NCBI GenBank assembly: GCA_003693705.1
Contig: RBZT01000152.1
Location: forward strand, 1-36,608
Direction: 5' to 3'
Source: Polymyxa betae A26-41
Taxonomy: Eukaryota > Protista > Endomyxa: Phytomyxea
Length of the DNA stretch: 36,608 bases
A model generated the notes under the pieces. That model had not been told where the DNA came from. It did no database searches and was given only the letters and a program-made list of their open reading frames with translations. Shown in pieces: positions 1 through 12,893 of this stretch. Each line of letters starts with the position of its first letter. Position 1 is the stretch's first letter. The translations under genes were made by a program, and so were the position numbers.

Positions 1-202
1 TGCGCGGTGCACTTGCTCTTACAGGTCGCATTTTTATTTTTGAAGATAAAAATAAACAGTTTTCCTTAAAAGTGCGCGCAGTTTTATTTGGGAGGGGCCA
101 CTAAACTTGAGGGTTCTCTGAATATTTTTTCCGTAATTTTGGCGTTTAGGCGCGGGATTTTGTGCTCGCGATTCCAGCTCTAAAGGTGAGCGCCATTCGA
201 CA

Positions 203-3200
203 ATGGCGCCGTCGTTCGACAGGGAATTCGTGGCGCCACTCCATGTCGAAGACCTCGCCCTCGACTTCGAGAATCGGTATTCAGTCCAGACACGAGCCGG
301 CCCGGATCTGAACAGGGTCCGACATGTCATTGATGGTTCGTCGATTTGATGCCTTCCCTATCTCTCGTTTGGATATCGTGAAATAGGCTGATTTGTTATG
401 CTCGCTTACATGATGGTTTAGATGTTGCCTCTAATCTTGAAGACAACCCGCTGAATATTTACGAGAACTCGAACTTCGACCCGCTTTATTGGATCTCCAC
501 GTCAGTATCAATCATCAACAAACCTTTAGATATTTTTTATCGAAGTTTTCAGAATGATTTTCAAAGCATTTAGCCTCGAAACATTCTCAGTACCAATCTC
601 TCAGCATTTCAAAACGAGTTTCAAACATTCTTGAGCGATCTAGAAAGCGTTTCCATCCATTACTGTTTACAAAAGTCGTCGTTCTATGCTATCCTGCGAT
701 TTCGGGTTTGCTTATGAACATGTCATAGGCAATGTGGAATTTTGACCGAGCCCGATCGGAAGTCGTTTTTCAGCGCTCTCTGCAAATCGTTGCTTGCGCT
801 GACACAGTCGATCTCCTCAATCCTGATCGCATATGATAACGATCCATCGGGTGACGAACAGATCCACATCGGTCGCAATGCGCTAAAGATGCATTGCTTC
901 CTCATTGTCACTGGAGTAAGGCCCTCCTTTCAAATCTTAATTTAGGCCTTTTGCTTTTGTTGCTATCACGTTTTACTGCTGTTATCCAGAAAGTCATCAA
1001 AATGTTGCAGCTGTAAATTTTCCTCTGTCTTTGTTTCTATCAATTTTATTGAGTCTATTAGGGCATGTTATGATTGATTGTTGCTATTCATAAACATAGC
1101 GAACATTTTCAGCTGATTTGTTTTTGTCTTCTAACTGACGCTCTTCTCCTCTTTTTTCAAAGCTTCAAATCTTATCAGCGTTTCGATTTCTGACCTTCAG
1201 CTCAGGTCTCCCGAACATATCGTGACATGCAGTCCTCGAAAGAATCGACAGCGAAAACGTCGAAATCGAAGTCGAAGGTAGCAGGTTACCCGCCCTTGCC
1301 CATCTGCGCTGATCGTTGTACCGATTCAGTCGAGCGACTCCAACTCCTGGATGAAATGCAAAGAGCAGATCACAAGCGCCTTGATCGAAGTCCTGGAACA
1401 TCGTTCGTCCAAATCTCTCTGGACTAGCGGCGATCCTGAAGAAGGTTGTCATCATCTCAAAAGCATTTTCCGGCATCTTGCGTTTTGCAGCTTTATTTTC
1501 CCAGACAATGGGATTTTTATGATCTGACGAAACATCTTTCTTACGAATTTGAGTTCAAAATGGGGTTTACAATTTTTTTATTGTCTCTTACAGTTGAGTA
1601 TCTTTGAGTGACCGAATCCAATGCTGACGTGATTCGTTTCCTTGCAGAATTCGGGATGTTATTCTTTCAGATCGGTTTGCAGCTGATCGAAGATAAGGAC
1701 AATAGCAAAGTGGCATCACTTCGCAACTGCATTTTTACCTTGATCTCGCGAACGATCATGATTTTTAATTTGCAGCTTCAAGCAGTCGCCGCCCTGGTCG
1801 GCCTTCTTCATAATTCCGAGCATGCCGCCGTATGCGAATCAATCGCGTTGTTCTTTCTCTAAAGATATCTTTCTAGGAAATGGTGGCAGCATTGCTGCAA
1901 CATGACGCCTCGGAAGGATCCTCCAGCCCTCTGACTGCTGCTGTCCTGGTGGAAATCGGCCGCCTCAATCTTCAACAAGTTGCTCGCGATCAGCAAGTAC
2001 TTTCTCTAAGCAATCATTGAGGCTTTATTTTACCTGATTTCATTCATTAGAGCTGTAAATCGATGGCTGTCTTTATCGCGAAACTAGCTAACCTTCTCCC
2101 CGAGCTCGTCTTACAAGGTCTCAGTCATATTCTATCTTTAATCGGCTGTGACGCCTACAATGTTCGTAACGGGGTTGTAAAAGCGGTCGCCGAGCTGCTT
2201 CCTCATGTAGACGAGCCCGAGTTGAAGGCTGCCGTCATCGAGCTGCTAAAGCAGCGGTCTGTTGGACGGTTATCTGCCACGTCGTTATGTTTGACTCTCG
2301 CAATCAGGTTCGTTGATGTCTCGTCATACACTCGAAGTGCCACGATCGCTGTTTGGCGGTCGTTGTTCGAACAGGAGAAAGTTCCCATTGAAACCATCTC
2401 TGATGTTAGTTTGTTGTTTACCTTTGAAATATTGGATACTTCTCTTCTGTCTTTTTAGCCTGCAAAGGTTGCTTTCTCACAATCTTTTAAACAGATCGTC
2501 TTTCCTTTTGTCTAACTAAAATTTACTTTTTGTTTTCTGCTGTAAGTCTGATAGTTCGTGAACATTCTGCTTCGTTATGCTACTCTCGAGCTTTTTGCTC
2601 TATACGATTTCAGCTTGCTGATTAGCGTTTTAGATTGCCAAGCTATCCAGCGAACGCCTACTTGACAAATCGGCAACGGTTCGTAAGGCGGCCGCTCAGC
2701 TACTGACGGTCATGCTGCAGCATAACCCATTCGGGCCACATCTCAACAAAGACCAGTTCCAGCAACGTCTGGAAGTCTCCGACCAACAGCTCGCCGTTTT
2801 ACAGGAGACCGTTTCCAACGCCCAGGTACGTTTCCCTCGTTGCCTTCATAAAGAACTGGATGCTTTGTTTCCACAATGCTGGCAGAATTCTGATATTGAT
2901 AAACAGAACGAAGTTCGAATGGATGATGAAGAAGGCGAAGAAACCGCCTCCGATCCTGTTATTCAGGGTAATACCGTTTTTTTTGGAAGTTTACGCTGGT
3001 ATGAGATCCCGATCGTGGTGGTAATCAGAAACCAATCATATCAAAGGCGATTTTTTTGTAATGTTACCAATAGAATTTGAGTTGGCTCATCAGTGATGGT
3101 CTTTTCAGTTTTCCTGTTTTCCTAATCAAATGTCGCTCTCTTTTATTCTCTGTGCGGTTTTGATATTGATGGCGACCATAGAAGCCGTGATCGAGTTGGA

Positions 3201-6200
3201 GACGGCCTTGCGAGAGAATATGCAATTGAAGTCGGCGGTTGCTTTCGTTGAGCAGATTCAAGTACAATAGCACATCACATCTGAATGGCTATTATGATAC
3301 TGATTTATATTTAAAGGAAATTATCCCGACCATGATCTCGTTGCTTTCCACCAAGAATTTCTCAGATGCATTGGCTGCCGTCGATTTCATCGTCAGTTGT
3401 TACTTCTTTGGTCTGGAGGGATCCGATGCCGCTTTAAGGAAAATGCTCCCGCTGGGTAACTCAGTTTCTTTTTTTTCGTATTTGGGAAAGATATTCGTTT
3501 TGAAAGTTTTCTGCATCTTCAATTTGGTATCATCCGTCATCGATTGATAGCTCGATCTTTTGTTTTCATTTTCCATTTGGTCTTCTGATTCCAATAATTG
3601 CCTGCAGTATATTCGAAGCAATCTGAAGTGAAAGACGCCATTACCGACGTCTATGCTCGAGTCTACGTTGCTGATCGTTCTACTGCCGACGCCTGCCAGC
3701 TTCTCGTTCAACTCGCTTCCAGCATCAGTATTACCGAACTCACTTGTCTCGGTAACCATCGCCTCTTTCATATTGTTTCATCAGCATCACGAAACTTTTC
3801 TCATTTCTTCATTGTTTGAATCGTTTTCTTATCTCTTCCGATTGACTTCGCTTGCATCGTTTGAAACTTTTTTTTCCATCTTTTAACTTTGCTTCTTTAT
3901 CGCTTATCTGGCTTGTATTGCAGAGGTGATTATTTCGGAATTGACCCGCAAGAACGCTCTCACCACGATCCATATGCGGGCTTTGATTGAGGTTCTGTCG
4001 ACCTCCAGCAATGCCAATCATGTTCGTGCCAGCCTGGACCTGCTGGTCATGGCGGCCCTTGCCGACTCCCGCCTGCTGGCCAACAATCTCCAGGTCATCC
4101 TACAGAGAGGATTCGAATGGGCTCCAACCAATTCTGCTATCGTTCGTTCGGCCTGTATCGCCTTGCAACGTACTGGCCCGCTTCCTAGTGGTATGATGCA
4201 CCAGAATTTTGTTAGTTCTGTTACCAAATATTATCGAGTTTCGTTTCTCAAACATTTAAATAATTCTGAGCAATGAAATTTTGTTATATTTTCTGTTTAT
4301 CACTTTTTGCACTTTTTTATCATGTAGGTTTGTTTGCTATTTCAACAAAATCCAATTTTTGTAATCAGTTTTTAGTTGATAAACCATTGTCACATCTCCG
4401 TCAAGTCCTGCTTGGACAAGTTGGTGGCGGTCGTAACTGGTTCGGTTGCGCCGAGCAAGCTATGAACGCCACCTTCATGCTGCACCCGTCTCCGGAGACC
4501 TTCGTCAGCGCCATCATTCGAGCTGTTGCCGAGCGTGCGTTCGCATCTCCGAACGCCCTTCTGTTATCGCGTTTGTTCTTTCTCGTTGGGCACGCCGCCA
4601 TTCGTGCGCTGGTCTTGAACGAACAGCTCGAAGTTCAATGGAAGAAACAGCATAAGAAGGACGACAAACCCGAAGAAGAGGATGAAGTCGCAGCAATCGG
4701 CGGCGATGCTTGCGTGGAACACGAAATCGAACAGATCCGGGAACGTGCTCAGAATATGCTGGCTGATAGCAAAAGCTTGATTGGAGCTATAGCACCATGT
4801 ATCATTGTTGTTACGGGGAATCCTTCACAATATCCAGATGAGGTGCGACCATTCTTAAGCATTTTTTGCTTTCATAACCATCTGTGAATCTTTTCGTAAC
4901 AATTGCTCTTTGCTGCTCAATACTCGACTCTGTGTCATGAGCCTTTTATTTGAGTTGATCCGTTTATTGGTTGTTTGGTATTCAGTCGTCATGCAGGACC
5001 TTCAAATATCAGCTACGTTGGCCCTGTGTAAGATTATGTGCACATCTGCACAGTTTTGTCAGCAGCATCTCCAGCTTCTGTTCACCGTCCTGCAAAAAGC
5101 GCCAAGTCCCGGGATTCGGGCCAATCTCATAATGTCGGTCTCTTTACGATTTTGTCGGCCAGTTTCTTGGCGATTTGATTTGTTTTTAATGGTGTTTTAG
5201 TGCATTAGGTGATATGGCGTTCCGATTCCCGAATCTGATCGATCCATGGACGAGCCATATGTACGCGCCTCTTCGTGATCCGGTCCCTCGGGTTCGGAAG
5301 AACACACTCATGGTGCTATCACATCTGATCTTGAACGATATGATCAAAGTCAAGGGAGAGGTATTCAATTTTTGGCTTGATGTCGTTTCGATTCGCTTCT
5401 TACTAACAAACTTGCAGTTTTTGTATTATTTATTGTTGCATGCTGTCATTATACCTTACTGTTTAAACAGATTTCTGCCGTCACGCTGTGTCTGGATGAT
5501 GAAGATTTATCGATTCGAGATTTGGCGCATTTGTTCTTTTCCGAACTTTCGCGCAAAGTCAACAACCCGATATATAACGCTCTGCCAGATATCATCAGCC
5601 GCCTTTCCCAGGTGGAAAAACTCGAATCTGATGTGTTCCGGCGCATCGCCAAATACTTGATTGATTTTGTCGATAAAGAGCGACAGATTGAAAGCTTATT
5701 GGAGAAGTTCTGTCACCGATTCCCCGCTACACAAGGTCCGCTTCTGGATTTGGTTATTTTCTGTGCTTACCATCCACTATTACAGATATACAACATTCTC
5801 GAAACTACGCCTATTGTATCAGCTGCCTAAACATTAGTAATCCGAAGATGGTCACAAAACTGACCGGTTCTCTGAGCTTATTCCGCGACAAACTTCCTGA
5901 TGATGACGTATTTGCATCAATACGCTCCGTAATCACTAAGGTATTCTCTTGACCGTTTCGATCATCTCAAATGTAATAAATGTCTATAGGCCCGCAAAAC
6001 AACAGATGCTGAACTGAGAGAGCATTTCGATGCATTCGATACTCGCATTTCTCAGATCCATGCTCATGAAGAACCGGATGATCAGAGTCCTTCTCAGACC
6101 TTCAATCTGTCTCAGGGTGAATCACTAAGAGCAACATCACAGTCAACCACCAATCCGGGACGTAAACGTAAGTTCCCCGTGATTAATGGATTTGGGCAAG

Positions 6201-6429
6201 CTCCTCAAAATGTTCAACAGAGAAGAATGTGGCGAAACCCCGGAAAGCTCGTCGGACGAAACGTGTCCAGGAATCGGACGACGACGACGATGAGCCAGCA
6301 GATGAGCGTCAACCAGAGGGTAATGATAGCGATGACTTTGAAGCCATCAAGAAGTCTCCAGCACGTACCGCTCGGCAGTCTACGCGTCGTACCAAGAAGA
6401 TTATCGATTCCGATGATGAAAGCGATTAA
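203..6429 (+). CDS. NCAPD2: Condensin complex subunit 1 (CAP-D2/Cnd1), multi-exon
   Basis: ATG at 203 (MAPSFDREF...). Exons encode RLLDKSATVRKAAAQLLTVMLQHNPF, SATLALCKIMC and IRANLIIALGDMAFRFPNLIDPWTSHMYAPLRDPVPRVRKNTLMVLSHLILNDMIKVKGE, then NPIYNALPDIISRLS. These match the Cnd1 HEAT domain. Acidic/basic tail ends at TAA 6427-6429. Many GT-AG introns; not every 5' exon boundary was resolved. Confidence 0.93.
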
Positions 6430-6680
6430 CTAATATAAATAAGATTGTTCTGGCTATCTAATCTGCTGATACCCTTTCGCAATGGTACTGCGTTTTATCA
6501 TTTCGCTTGCTTCAACACATCTAATCAGGTGTGTCGAGATACATCCTACCGGTAGTCCAAATTGAGTTACGGGTTGGATAGTTGCTTATTTACGAAATTT
6601 ATATAAGTTGAATACAACATTTGATCAAAGTATTAACGCAGGGTATGCTGTTGATGCAATTAGAGATAATATTCAGGCTA

Positions 6681-9600
6681 CTATTTGTTCTCAGGGACAG
6701 CCTTTACAGCTAATTTCTTCGAAGTGTTTCGCAACGGCCTTGCACCAAGAAATTTCGAACAATTTTTCGCTCCGCAACGGCAAGGAACGCTCTCCGAATT
6801 GACCGCTTTCGAGAACAGCTCGAAGTTATAATCATAAGTGAGCTCAACCCCTGCTGGTATATCATACATGGCGAATATGCCTGCTCTTAACTGAAATTGC
6901 GAGCCTCAGAACAAGCCAGATTACAAAAAGGCGAGTTACCTCTCCTTTGGCGACTTCCCAGATTTCTGTGCGGCAGTTCGGGCTGCAGCTATGATTCAGG
7001 AAGCGAGCGCTATTACCAGTCTTCCTGGCATCAATAACGATTTGTCGACTCAGCTGCATCATGTAATAATTGTCTTGCGGACGTTTCTTCTCGGTATTCT
7101 CCTGAATGCGTTGACGGAACGTCAATTCATCGAGAACCTCCCCGACGTATTCGATAACGAGATCGCCAGCCTTGATCGGCACTTGAGACATCATGCCACA
7201 GCCACGATCTTGGGTGAAGATCAATCTCATCGGCTGCCATTCCCGCTTCTGTATTCGCTGGTTCTGGCATTGATCGCCACAAGGGCAGAATCTTGCATCA
7301 CATTCGATCTGCAAGGAACGGTTGACGCAAGAATCGTCGGCACAGTTCGTTCCAGGAATACAAGAGCATATATGGGCAGCTTCGCGAGAGTTTTGCAATG
7401 GTCTTGGCATGATATAGCAATTACGGCTTCGTCGCTTGTAAGGCTCCATAACGAAACCAGGAGGAGGTTCGGTCGAGAATGCTGGGATGTACTCGAGATC
7501 GTCCGAATACAAAGGTTGGCTCTCCAATTGAAGATTTTCGTCGTTTACAGCCGACTCCAGGGCAGGAGGCTGCTTCCCTTGTGTTTTTTTCTTGCCAGGT
7601 CGCCTAAAGTGAATCAAAAATTGAGGCTACGAACAGCAAACGCTAAAACTGAAATAATTTGCAAAGCTGGAAACTAGTTATGCTAAGCAGCAAACATAAA
7701 AATGAGCACGCAGCATTGTCATACTAAATCAGAATCAAGCAAAAAGACTCACTCTTTGCCAATCGAAAGTTTCTTCGCTTTAGCAGTCAGTTGGTACGAA
7801 AACGCACTACGACTGGGAATGCTCTTCGAAAAAGACTTTCTCTTCGGCTTCTTGCGAGGGGACGCCGTATCAGATGAAGACAAAACTTGTGGATGAATGA
7901 TGACATCATTTTCATCATCGGCACAGGTTCCATTGATCCATTCCGGCGGCAGGGCGAATGGCAGCTCTGTCAAAACGCCATCCCCAACCCAGAGCGGGAT
8001 GATAAGAAGCGGGCGCCATCTAATGGATTTTGGAAGTGCCTCGTGCCGTTCACAAACGAACTTGTTGCATTTCGATGGACCAAGGTCAAGTCGAACAGCA
8101 GTTTTCGGAATGCAGGAAACATGGTAGCGCCTGAGAGAGAGCAATCAGTTGTCCATGTAAAATCCATAATCAAAATAACAAGCAAGAGTTTAGAAAAAAG
8201 TATTCCTATCAGAATGGAAAAGCACATACGTAGTGCAGCGCACACAGCTGTATTTGTCAATGGCGCTATGAAACGTTCGGGATTCGCCTTCGACATTCAG
8301 CAATGCACATTTCCTGCATTCATGGGTAGGGCAAGGACGATCATCCCATTTCCAACAAGCTCGATGATATTGTTTTGGGCATTGTCTCGCTGGACAACGG
8401 ACACTGTCCTCCTCAGCAACTGGCTTTTGGCATTCCAGGCAGAGTGGCTGAAAAGTGAGCTCAGCGTTGCTTAATCATAGATGCAAGAAAACCCGCAAAC
8501 AGAGTTTAGGATACATATAGGGTATAAGCTCAAAAGAGAAACCCAGAGATTTGCAGCAAAGATTTAGGAGATTCGTTGAAAATTTTACCTGATTAAGTAC
8601 GCAGGCATCGCAGCGAAAGTTGTCAGGTTCAACAATGTCTGTGCCGATGTCGTGAAGACACGCCAAATGGAAAGATCGTTTGCATGATGAATTCTGGCAC
8701 GCTACAGCACCGGGCATGTCGAGGTGTTGATCATATTTCTCACCAATGGGCCGTTCGCACAGGACACACCACGTCTAACAAGATGGCTAGAGCGGTCGAA
8801 ACGTATATTTCATGTCACAAAAAAATGGAGAAATTTCTTAAAAAGAGTGACATACCGGAATGCTTTTCTTCGGTTTCGTTACCCGTAAACCGATGCTTGG
8901 AATGATGGAGCTTCGCCGCCGCGTCGGATAACCGGCCATGTCCACTTCGTCAGCATCGTCGATTTGATCATCTAAGCAGGACATAAGACGTGACAGATGA
9001 AAAGTTTAACATCCAGAGACCCGCATCAATAGGAGTGGACTCCGCCATAGGTTGCTCTGGTACGAACTGTGTGACAGAGCTGCGCCGCCGTTTCGGCTGC
9101 TTGGTGCTCTCCGTTTCGTCATTCATTGGCTCATCTAGACAAGTTATAACGAAAAAATGAGCTCAAAAATTCGATATCGAGATACCATCATCTAGAGGAG
9201 TGGGCTCAGATACAATCTCGTCGGGTATAAACCGTTGGACTGAGCTGCGTCTCCGCTTGGGGTACCTCGCGCTCTCCATTCCGTCAGCGCCAACACTTGA
9301 CTTATCTAGACGAGTTATACGAAATGATGAGCTGAAAGATGCAACAGCTACCTTCATTCGAGGGAATGGGCTTCGTCATAGTTCGCACTTTGGAGACTTT
9401 TGATCCAGCTGCTACTTTCTTGATACTGCGATTCTCGGTTTCTGTAATTCATGAATAAAGATACTGTAGAGATGAAGAAAGAATATAAAGCAACAAAAAA
9501 TCTGTTAGTTTCCCTAACAGCTGTATAGAAAGAAACAGAAAAAAGAAGTAACGATTTTAGCAAACAAGGAGCAACACGCTGAGCGACCGCCGATACCGGA

Positions 9601-11654
9601 ATATTGACGACGCTTAATGGGCTCTTGACGGTGAACAGTCCTGATATGACGCGCACGATGACTACGCTTGACAAAATGCTTTCCACACAAACAGCAACCA
9701 AACGGTTTCTCACCGGTATGCATCATTAAATGACCTGTAAGCGTGGATTTTTGTGCAAAAGACTTTCCACATAGTTCACAGGAAAATGGCCTCTCGCCTA
9801 TATAAAAGTCATTTGGGCAGCGGAGATGATTGCCAGATAATACCTGTGTGAACGATGGCATGACGATTTTTAGTGCTACGTTGGGTGAATGTTTTCTCAC
9901 AGATTTCGCACTGAAATGGTTTCTCCAATGTATGAACTCTTAAATGGACTTTCAGATGACTAATGGTCCTAAATCTTTTTTCACAGAACTGCTCAATCGT
10001 CAAGAACCAGAGGACTCTGAAGACAAGCGACTTGCCTGGCAACGCTTACGCGTTTTACCAGAAGATTCGACATGGTTAGGCTCATTGGACAAATTTACGT
10101 CAGCGTTGCTATTGCTTTCTGTGTCATCTAAGAACAGAATATGGAATAAGGACAAGAATCACGCTAGAAAAAAAACGACAATTCATTTTCGAAGGGTGCG
10201 TACAGTAATCCATATCAGAAAAATAACGGTAGAAACAATAGGAGCCCCCAGAGCTCGGTTGAGAAAAAGAACCAATAATGGAGCCAAATAATAAATACCT
10301 TTACTACCCTGCGATTCATCCATCATCTTGTCATTTGCATCAGATTGTTTGCCAGAATTCTCGTACTCAGTTTCTACTGATTCGCTATTCTCACGTTCAT
10401 CGCAGGATAACTGTTCGTCGCCGACTCCTGTATGCGGACCTGTAAACACCAAAAATATATTCTAGATCAGACGAGTGACTCTACAAGCTCAAAAGCACGG
10501 TACATGAATGGACTGGGCATTGTACTTCTAATTCGCCTTGATCATTGAGCAGTTGTTCAGAATCTTCTCCGCTTTGAGAGAGTTTTGCAGAGTCTACATT
10601 GCAAGGAGTTTCATTGCCGAGATTGGCATCTTCGTTAGAAGCCGACAGGGCCAACGAAATCTTGGCATTGTTATCTGAAAGAAAACAATGAATAAACATT
10701 GATTGGATAGAACAAGAAAACGATCGAACAACGCGAAGATCGCTCATTACAAGCTTTAGAAGTTTTCTAAATGCCTAAAACATCGATACAGGAATGGGCC
10801 GGTTGAATTTTGGCTACTTCGTTTAGGTCAATCGGCTTTTGTTCACAATCTTCTCCGCATTGTAAAGGCTTGTCGTCGTCAGGCTTGCAGACAGGCTCCT
10901 TGCCGAGATCTTCCACGCTGTCAGCAAACGGCGCCAGCGAAATCTCACCATTTTGGGATCCCGGAAAACCGTCTGAAGGGAAACAGTAAGCTAACGGCCA
11001 TATTCCATCATAACTGGAAAATAATGACGAGTATGCTAGTCATCAGTGTAGAATGACCAATAAGAAATCGTTCCAGATTGAACCTTTAGCAATTGGAGAG
11101 CATTCTGTCGCGATTTCAGGAAGAACATTTGAGATACCCTCCTCCCGTTTGACTTCGCGTGAAAGAGCATCCTCCTCTGCGACTATGGGTGAGATACCAT
11201 TGTCCTGCATGAATACCGGTGATATAGAATTCTCCTGTTTAACAACGGGCTCATCCTGGCCAGCAGATTGTTTGGTGGAGATAACCTCCTCCTCCCGTTT
11301 GATTTTGGGTGAAAGAGCATCCTCTTCTTTGACTATGGGTGAGATACCATCCTCCTGCTTGACTACTGGTGATATAAAATTCTCCTGTTTAACAACGGGC
11401 TCATCCTGGCCAGCAAATGCTTCGGTGGACTCTTTTTTGACAAACGAGTTGCTTTCTGATAGGTCGCCAGTCTGTGGTAATGAAGTTTGACAGGAATCTG
11501 TAGCGATCTCGGCTGGACGACCGGCATCCTCTCCCATCATTATTTCCCCCGTGCAGCCGACCAACGGCTCGGTCTTGCTCGGACACGCCCACTCTCCCTC
11601 CTTGCAGGCCAGCTGCGCCACAGGCGCAGCAGCTTCGTCCGAAATAGCAACCAT
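6681..11654 (-). CDS. NSD/ASH1-like histone lysine methyltransferase with 4 C2H2 zinc fingers, PHD fingers, AWS, SET and post-SET, multi-exon
   Basis: SET motifs [37 protein letters not shown] and post-[59 protein letters not shown]2H2 array with TGEKPF-type linkers at ~9620-10050. Splice phases were checked from the exon starting at ~10128 through the zinc fingers into the 9305-8856 exons. The 5' start at 11654 is less certain. Confidence 0.85.
11130..11415 (-). repeat. 150-bp tandem duplication within coding exon ([11 protein letters not shown]...ISP..KREE x2)
   Basis: ttctcctgtttaacaacgggctcatcctggccagca occurs at ~11230 and ~11380, with internal VKxE...ISP subrepeats. Confidence 0.9.
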
Positions 11655-12149
11655 GGCTTCGCAGGCCCGCAAACGAAGCGAGACGAGATGGCGGCCAAGG
11701 AATCGACGCCAAAATCAAAAGGCGGAAAGAATGGGCGCGAACATATGGCTCAAAACCTTTGGCTTTGACACAGAGGTGTCACAAATGCGCGCAGTTTTGT
11801 TTCTGAACAATTTGTATATGTATTTTTGCGTCAAAATAACAAAAATTTACGTAGTTTTTATTACTGTACGCCGTACGGCAGAATCGGAATGAATTCCTCG
11901 ATTTCGCTATTCCAGGAACGGCTCTTGAAATGCAGTATAGGACTCTTGCTATCACCTTGGTAGAGTAGACAACACTGTATCTGTATGCGATCGGAATCAA
12001 TATTTTTGGGGGCAATCCAGCTCTCCATCTTTAACAATCAGTCGTCTTTGATTTACCTATCTGCTACTATGAGATATCTGGGTTATGTCAAGATTGCAAT
12101 CAACAGCCACAGCCCACAGTCAAGAATGTGATTGATTTCACTCGTTGTC

Positions 12150-12560
12150 AGACTGGTTGAAGTGCGTGTGATTGATGGACTGCGCCTATGAGCGTGGTCC
12201 AAGCCAGGTTAACGGCTTTTAGGGCTGCGCAATTGGCTAGTTGGCTAGAAGCTACATGCAATAGCCATCGCTGAAAACTGTCCTGACGCTGATGTCGTCA
12301 GTGATCAATGCGACGACAAGCGCTCCGTATTAGAGCCCACCAGAAAATTTCCGTGACATCCAAACGGGCCCTTAGAGATAAATGTGCAATGTATTGACGC
12401 AAACATTGATCAGATTAAATACAAGTACCAGAGTCTTCAAGCACAGTTTTGTTAGCAGCGCCAAGACATTACAAAGACCGGAAACGTCCCAGCAGAATCA
12501 AAACCTGTTCGCTGGGACGCCTTGGTTAATTACTTTGGCGGAAATCAGGCGGCTGCTCAT
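12150..12560 (+). pseudogene. Decayed Myb/SANT-like ORF, possibly the PIF/Harbinger accessory gene
   Basis: Frame from 12372 reads LEINVQCIDANIDQIKYKYQSLQAQFC*QRQDITKTGNVPAESKPVRWDALVNYFGG. The QIKxKYQxL...TGN...W pattern is typical of Myb/SANT-like TE proteins, and there is an in-frame stop. Confidence 0.45.
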
Positions 12561-12893
12561 TATCATTTTAGCACGAGCGTAGCAACTGTGAAAGATGATG
12601 GTGCGCATGTCCATTCAGTCGTGTCTGCCGCCTGTGATTGATATAGTATGCCCGGCATTATGATTGAGATTGGGCCGGTCATGCTGATTCCAGGCTCGCA
12701 CTGATAATAAATGGCTTTTGATTATCACTTCGGTAGAACCATTACGATAGTGCCTATACGCTACCATGGTATGATGTCTGGAAATCTTCTGCTGAATTCG
12801 TTCATCACCTGCGTGACAAAGTTCGAACCCATGTCCGTGGTATCTGCGGACTTCCGAACAGCCCTCGCCATTCCAGCATTTTATTTGACGGAG

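Noticed and set aside
6991-7677. 228-aa plus-strand ORF
   Set aside because: Antisense to the clearly conserved AWS-SET exon.
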